Origin: Eubacteriales bacterium
Lineage (GTDB): Bacteria; Bacillota; Clostridia; Acetivibrionales; JANLFN01
Assembly (NCBI GenBank): GCA_024655885.1
Contig: JANLFN010000005.1
Location: 11,660-75,659 of the forward strand
Reading direction: 5' to 3'
DNA length: 64,000 bases
Shown: positions 59,800 through 64,000 of the stretch, piece after piece
How the letters are laid out: every line of letters begins with the position of its first letter
Position numbering within the stretch: the stretch's first letter is position 1
The notes under the pieces: generated by a model
Told to the model about the DNA's origin: nothing
The model's input: only the letters and a program-made list of their open reading frames with translations
Databases searched by the model: none
Made by a program: the position numbers and the translations under genes

Positions 59800-60912
59800 A
59801 TGGGAAAAAAATTAGGTTTTGGGTGTATGAGACTGCCAGTTACAAATTCAGAGGATCAGACCAGTGTTGATTTGCCACAGTTATGTAAGATGGTAGATAC
59901 ATTTTTGGAAAGAGGGTTCACATACTTTGATACCGCATATATGTACCACAATTTTGTTAGTGAGGTTATGGTAAAAGAAGCATTGGTAAAACGTCATCCA
60001 AGAGAAAGTTTTACAATTGCAACTAAGATGCCTACCATGATGTTGAAAGCCAAAGAGGATATGGAGCGTATCTTCAATGAACAGTTAGAAAAATGCGGTG
60101 TGGAATATTTCGATTATTATATGCTGCATTGTTTGAATACAGCCAACTATGCTATTGCAAAAAGACTAGATAGCTTTGCATTTATTCAGAAGAAGAAGGA
60201 GGAGGGTAAAATCCGGAGTATCGGTTTCTCCTACCATGATAATACAGAACTTTTAGAAGAAATTCTTAACGCTCATCCAGAGGTGGAATTTGTACAGCTG
60301 CAGCTGAATTATCTGGATTGGGACAATGCGAACATTCAGTCACGCAAGTGTTATGAGGTTTGTGTAAAGCATGGCAAACCAGTTATCGTCATGGAACCAA
60401 TCAAAGGTGGTACGCTTGCCACAGTACCTGCGGAGGCAGAAAAGATGTTTAAGGACTATGCACCAGATTTGTCCGTAGCTTCTTGGGCAATACGGTTTGC
60501 AGCAAGCCAGTCAAATGTCATGATGGTACTTTCCGGTATGTCAAGTTATGAGCAGTTAATGGATAACACAGGTTATATGCAGGATTTTAAACCTCTGAAT
60601 GAGGAAGAAATGACCATCATACACAAAGCGATTGATATCATTAATTCCAGCATTGCCGTTCCATGTACAGGATGTCAGTATTGTGTGGAAGGCTGCCCTA
60701 AAAATATACCGATTCCGAAGTATTTTGCGTTGTATAACTCCTATGTACAGTTTGGAGAGGCATCCAACTCAAGATTCTATTATGCAAACTATGTGGGCAA
60801 GAACGGTCGCGCATCTGATTGTATCAGTTGCCGTCAGTGCGAGAGTCACTGTCCGCAGCATCTGTCGATTGTAGACAGCTTAAAAGAGGTTGCCAAAACG
60901 TTTGATAAATAA
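59800..60912 (+). CDS. aldo/keto reductase family oxidoreductase with C-terminal 4Fe-4S domain
   Basis: The AKR core has GFGCMRLP, the [10 protein letters not shown] Asp/Tyr region, IATKMP (Lys) and YYMLHCL (His). The C-terminal cysteine clusters are [12 protein letters not shown] and [12 protein letters not shown]. Confidence 0.85.
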   Translation: MGKKLGFGCMRLPVTNSEDQTSVDLPQLCKMVDTFLERGFTYFDTAYMYHNFVSEVMVKEALVKRHPRESFTIATKMPTMMLKAKEDMERIFNEQLEKCGVEYFDYYMLHCLNTANYAIAKRLDSFAFIQKKKEEGKIRSIGFSYHDNTELLEEILNAHPEVEFVQLQLNYLDWDNANIQSRKCYEVCVKHGKPVIVMEPIKGGTLATVPAEAEKMFKDYAPDLSVASWAIRFAASQSNVMMVLSGMSSYEQLMDNTGYMQDFKPLNEEEMTIIHKAIDIINSSIAVPCTGCQYCVEGCPKNIPIPKYFALYNSYVQFGEASNSRFYYANYVGKNGRASDCISCRQCESHCPQHLSIVDSLKEVAKTFDK

Positions 60913-60985
60913 AATTAACGCAAGGTGGTATTTCAATGAAAAAACGTATTTTAGGAAATAGTGGAAAAGTGAGGAACAAGAAATT

Positions 60986-61522
60986 ATGAATTTAAAAGAT
61001 AAAAAATGTTTGATAGCCTATTTTTCGCGTAAGGGAAATAATTATGTCAGTGGAAGGATTGTAGATTTACCAATTGGTAATACAGAAGTAGTAGCAAAGA
61101 TGATTCAGGAAATGACCGGAAGTGATATGTTTCATATAGAAGCAGTTAAACCTTATCCTAAGGATTATACGGAAACCACGAAGGTGGCACAAGATGAACT
61201 GCGTGCCAATGCCAGACCTGAGCTTACGAATCATACAGCTAACATGGATTCTTACGATGTGATATTTTTAGGATATCCGAACTGGTGGGGAACGATGCCG
61301 ACGCCAGTGTTTACGTTCCTGGAGGAATATGATTTTTCCGGAAAAACAATTGTTCCGTTTTGTACTCATGAAGGAAGCGGGTTAGGACACAGCGAAAAAG
61401 ATATTGCGAAACTATGTCCAAAAGCAACTGTTTTGAATGGCCTGGCTATCCATGGCTCTCGTGTGAATGCAGCAAAAAAAGATGTCACTAATTGGTTGAA
61501 TAAAATTGGTATAATTTCATAA
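60986..61522 (+). CDS. flavodoxin family protein
   Basis: KCLIAYFSRKGNNY FMN-binding N-terminus and YPNWWGTMP, 178 aa. Confidence 0.8.
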   Translation: MNLKDKKCLIAYFSRKGNNYVSGRIVDLPIGNTEVVAKMIQEMTGSDMFHIEAVKPYPKDYTETTKVAQDELRANARPELTNHTANMDSYDVIFLGYPNWWGTMPTPVFTFLEEYDFSGKTIVPFCTHEGSGLGHSEKDIAKLCPKATVLNGLAIHGSRVNAAKKDVTNWLNKIGIIS

Positions 61523-61558
61523 TTTGAAAAAGATCAGTAAAGGAAAAACACGTTAGGA

Positions 61559-62371
61559 ATGATTCATTATGTTGATGATCAAAAAGATTTTGATAACATT
61601 TTTAATGTAGAAATAATTAAATATGCAAAAGGGTTAAAAGAAAAAGGTGTTATTAAGTCCTTAGGAATATCAACACATAATACAGATATTGCCTTTAGAG
61701 CAGTGGAAATAGGAATCATTGATGTAATTTTATTTAGTATCAATGCTGCTTATGATATGTTACCGGCCATTGAGGATGTAGACATACTATTTGAAGAAAG
61801 CACTTTTAAAAACAGGACCTATGAAGGTATTGATCCAAAACGAGATAAGTTATACCAGACTTGTGAAAATGCGGGTGTTGCTTTGACTGCTATGAAAGGA
61901 TATGCTGCCGGAGTGTTGCTGAGTGGCAAAGAATCGCCTTTTGAAAAAGCACTGACCCCGGTACAGTGTCTGCATTACTGCTTAACCAGGCCGGCAGTTG
62001 CTTCCGTAATGGTTGGAGTGTCTAATACGGATCAAATACTTGCAGCAACCGCCTATGCTACTTCCAGCAATAAAGAAAAAGATTATAGTGAAGTTCTTGC
62101 AAATGCTCCAAGAAGTTCGTTTAGCGGACATTGTATGTATTGCGGGCATTGCGCCCCATGCCCGAAAAAGATAGATATTGCATCAGTAAATAAATATTTA
62201 GATTTAGCATTGATTCAAGAAGATGCTCCTGAAACATTAAAGAATCATTATGACTTATTGGAACATCACGCAATTGAGTGCATAGAATGTGGGATATGTA
62301 GGAAAAACTGTCCATTTGGTGTGGATATTATTAATAAAATGAAACAGGCAGTTAAACTATTTGGCAATTAA
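61559..62371 (+). pseudogene. aldo/keto reductase / 4Fe-4S oxidoreductase lacking about 110 N-terminal residues
   Basis: Starts at IHYVDD, which corresponds to the YYMLHCL position of the upstream paralog, so the catalytic Asp/Tyr/Lys region is missing. It retains CMYCGHCAPCP and CIECGICRKNCP. A 17-codon AKR N-terminal remnant (MKKRILGNSGKV...) sits at 60936-60989. Confidence 0.5.
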
Positions 62372-62413
62372 ACAATCATGTGTGTCACCAAATTAATAAG
62401 ATTGTAAAAGTGT

Positions 62414-62444
62414 TTGACTTAGAGTTAACTCCAGGTGTTATGAT
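62414..62444 (+). promoter_or_regulatory. second MerR-type promoter/operator (19-bp spacer) in front of the merR-family gene
   Basis: TTGACT (62414-62419), 19-nt spacer, TATGAT (62439-62444). The imperfect palindrome ACTTAGAGT-TA-ACTCCAGGT has 7/9 complementary half-sites and matches the site at 59508-59527. Confidence 0.6.
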
Positions 62445-62469
62445 ATCGGATATCAGGAGGTGAAATCCC

Positions 62470-62856
62470 ATGAATATTGCAGAAGTAAGTAAAAAATTTA
62501 ATCTTTCGCAGGATACACTCCGCTATTATGAACGCATCGGGCTGATTCCGAGCGTGAATCGGAATAAAAGCGGAATCAGGGACTATACGGAAGAAGACTG
62601 CAAGTGGATTGAGTTTATCAAATGTATGCGAAGTGCAGGTCTTCCGATTGAAGTATTGATTGAGTATGTTTCGCTGTTTGGGCAGGGTGATGAAACCATT
62701 GAGGCAAGAAAAGAACTCTTGATTGAGCAGCGTGAGCAGCTCATAAAAAGAGTGGAAGATATGAAGAAGACTCTAGAACGCCTAAATTATAAAATTGCAA
62801 GATATGAACAGGCAGTAGTTGAAAAAGAAAAGACACTAAAAAGACCGGAGAATTAG
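62470..62856 (+). CDS. MerR family transcriptional regulator, AdhR/NmlR-like
   Basis: N-terminal HTH IAEVSKKFNLSQDTLRYYERIGLI. A Cys at residue 52 (FIKCMR) matches the conserved position I recall for carbonyl/redox-sensing AdhR/NmlR regulators. C-terminal coiled coil, with no metal-binding Cys pair. Confidence 0.8.
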   Translation: MNIAEVSKKFNLSQDTLRYYERIGLIPSVNRNKSGIRDYTEEDCKWIEFIKCMRSAGLPIEVLIEYVSLFGQGDETIEARKELLIEQREQLIKRVEDMKKTLERLNYKIARYEQAVVEKEKTLKRPEN

Positions 62857-63034
62857 TATTGTTGGTAAAACAGTTTAACGGTTAGGAGGCAAAGGACAAT
62901 GGAGAGAATTGAACGATGCAAACAGAAATTTGCAGAATTGTTCCTTGTCAAATTTTTCTTCGGTGAGAAGAGGAAGGGGCCTTTTTCGACTATAATCAAA
63001 AGCCTACCATCCCCTCCCTCCAATTTCAAAGAGC

Positions 63035-63598
63035 CTATTCCATCCTCAGCTCCCCGGAGCCTGAGGCTTTTAAAAACTTTCCAACAGGCTTATAGACAAG
63101 TAAAACAATAACCGCATTTGTGAAAGCCTTAATTAAATTAAAGGGAATGATGGCGGGGATAAGCAGCCCCACTACGGCGTCGTAGGACATGTTGAAGAAT
63201 TTTACCGAAAAAAACAGGTTGCTGGGGATCATGACCAGGGTCATGCTCAGCGCGCCGGCGATTAAGGCGAGTATGGCGCCCTTGAAGGTATGAACCCTTT
63301 TATATATGGATCCCGACACCAGCACCAGTGTCCCTGTGGCTATAATATGCATGACGAATCCCACCCACCCGCTGCTGAAGCTTACGGTAAATGACTGGAT
63401 CAGCGATACAACGGTGGTCATTATAAGACCTGCGGCAGGTCCGTATAGAAAGGTGCCGATCAGTATGGGCACATCCGCAGGCTCATACTCCAGATAGGGT
63501 GCCGCCGGTATGATGGGAAACCTTACGAATAACATCAGCACAACGGACAGCGCCGATAGAACCCCCATTTTTACCATTTTGTTCACATCCATTTTCAT
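63035..63598 (-). CDS. ribU: ECF transporter S component, riboflavin-type (RibU-like)
   Basis: About 187 aa, six TM segments (MGVLSALSVVLMLFVRFPI...). Sits directly downstream of an FMN riboswitch on the same strand. Confidence 0.8.
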   Translation of the reverse strand: MKMDVNKMVKMGVLSALSVVLMLFVRFPIIPAAPYLEYEPADVPILIGTFLYGPAAGLIMTTVVSLIQSFTVSFSSGWVGFVMHIIATGTLVLVSGSIYKRVHTFKGAILALIAGALSMTLVMIPSNLFFSVKFFNMSYDAVVGLLIPAIIPFNLIKAFTNAVIVLLVYKPVGKFLKASGSGELRME

Positions 63599-63631
63599 TG
63601 AAACAAAACCTCCTCCATAAAATTTTAAATG

Positions 63632-63815
63632 CAAAAAAATTCCCCGGAAACAATCCCAGGGAATATGAACTCTCTAAATTTATACACTCATCTTCTTCCA
63701 TCCAGACTTTAACTGTCGGCCCCGGAATCACACCGGGTCTGCTTTCGCTCGCGGGCTAATGGCGCTGCCATATTACCGCCGATAGGGAATTGCACCCAAC
63801 CCCGAAGATTGCTTC
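63632..63815 (-). promoter_or_regulatory. FMN riboswitch (RFN element) with terminator expression platform
   Basis: The minus strand reads CTTCGGGGTTGGGTGCAATTCCCTATCGGCGGTAATATGGCAGCGCCATTAGCCCGCGAGCGAAAGCAGACCCGGTGTGATTCCGGGGCCGACAGTTAAAGTCTGGATGGAAGAAG, a close match to the RFN consensus. It is followed by the hairpin CCCTGG/CCGGGG plus T7 (63632-63660). Confidence 0.92.
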
Positions 63816-64000
63816 ACTATTCATTTTTTTTATTCTAGCATAACTGAGGAGGTTTTTCAATAATACCTCCCTTAATTTTATAAAAAATTTCAACCGCATA
63901 GGAAAAGGGGCGTTGAGCCCGGATATCCCGCTCTAAAAGCGGACTGCCGTTATCAACGCCCCAACAAGCTCTAAGCTTATTATACTCCGAACAACATATC

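Noticed and set aside
62899-63111. 70-aa plus-strand ORF after the merR-family gene
   Set aside because: It overlaps the 3' end of the convergent ribU gene, is low in complexity, and has no convincing SD context beyond a chance AGGAGG.

Overview
Chromosomal segment of a spore-forming Clostridia-class Firmicute; sampled lines of core genes are about 50-57% GC. Bases 1-44.9 kb are an almost unbroken plus-strand housekeeping string: alaS, HIT, rpsU, yqeY, recJ-apt-relA-dtd, an MBL hydrolase, hemZ, T-box-hisS-aspS, lepB, a giant activase/dehydratase fusion, spoIIP, lepA-hemW-hrcA-grpE-dnaK-dnaJ-prmA-rsmE, yicC-remA-gmk-rpoZ-coaBC, glyQS and ppdK. Three things interrupt it. (1) A lone minus-strand, lower-GC gene at 4353-5489 encodes a TIR-domain protein with an unrecognised C-terminal domain. 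This is my best candidate for an undescribed single-gene defence module. (2) A Y1/HUH (IS200/RAYT-like) transposase gene is bracketed by 16-bp inverted repeats, and their core recurs in a perfect 30-bp-stem palindrome 5 kb downstream. (3) Two small minus-strand genes lie before spoIIP. From about 44.9 to 62.9 kb the sequence becomes a low-GC (about 37-42%) accessory island between ppdK and an FMN-riboswitch-controlled ribU. The island holds a full IS1380-family element and a 599-bp identical truncated copy. These bracket an MFS transporter, an IS66 scar, a PucR-type regulator and two paralogous GcvT-fold (LigM/DesA-like) putative tetrahydrofolate-dependent demethylases. Next come nested IS scars, a four-gene TniA/TniB-type (Mu/Tn552-like) transposon and gene debris (cupin, group II intron 5' end, spermidine synthase, flavodoxin). 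The island ends with an AdhR/NmlR-type MerR regulon of Fe-S aldo/keto reductases and flavodoxins that has two recognisable 19-bp-spacer operator-promoters. I saw no rRNA, tRNA or CRISPR array.
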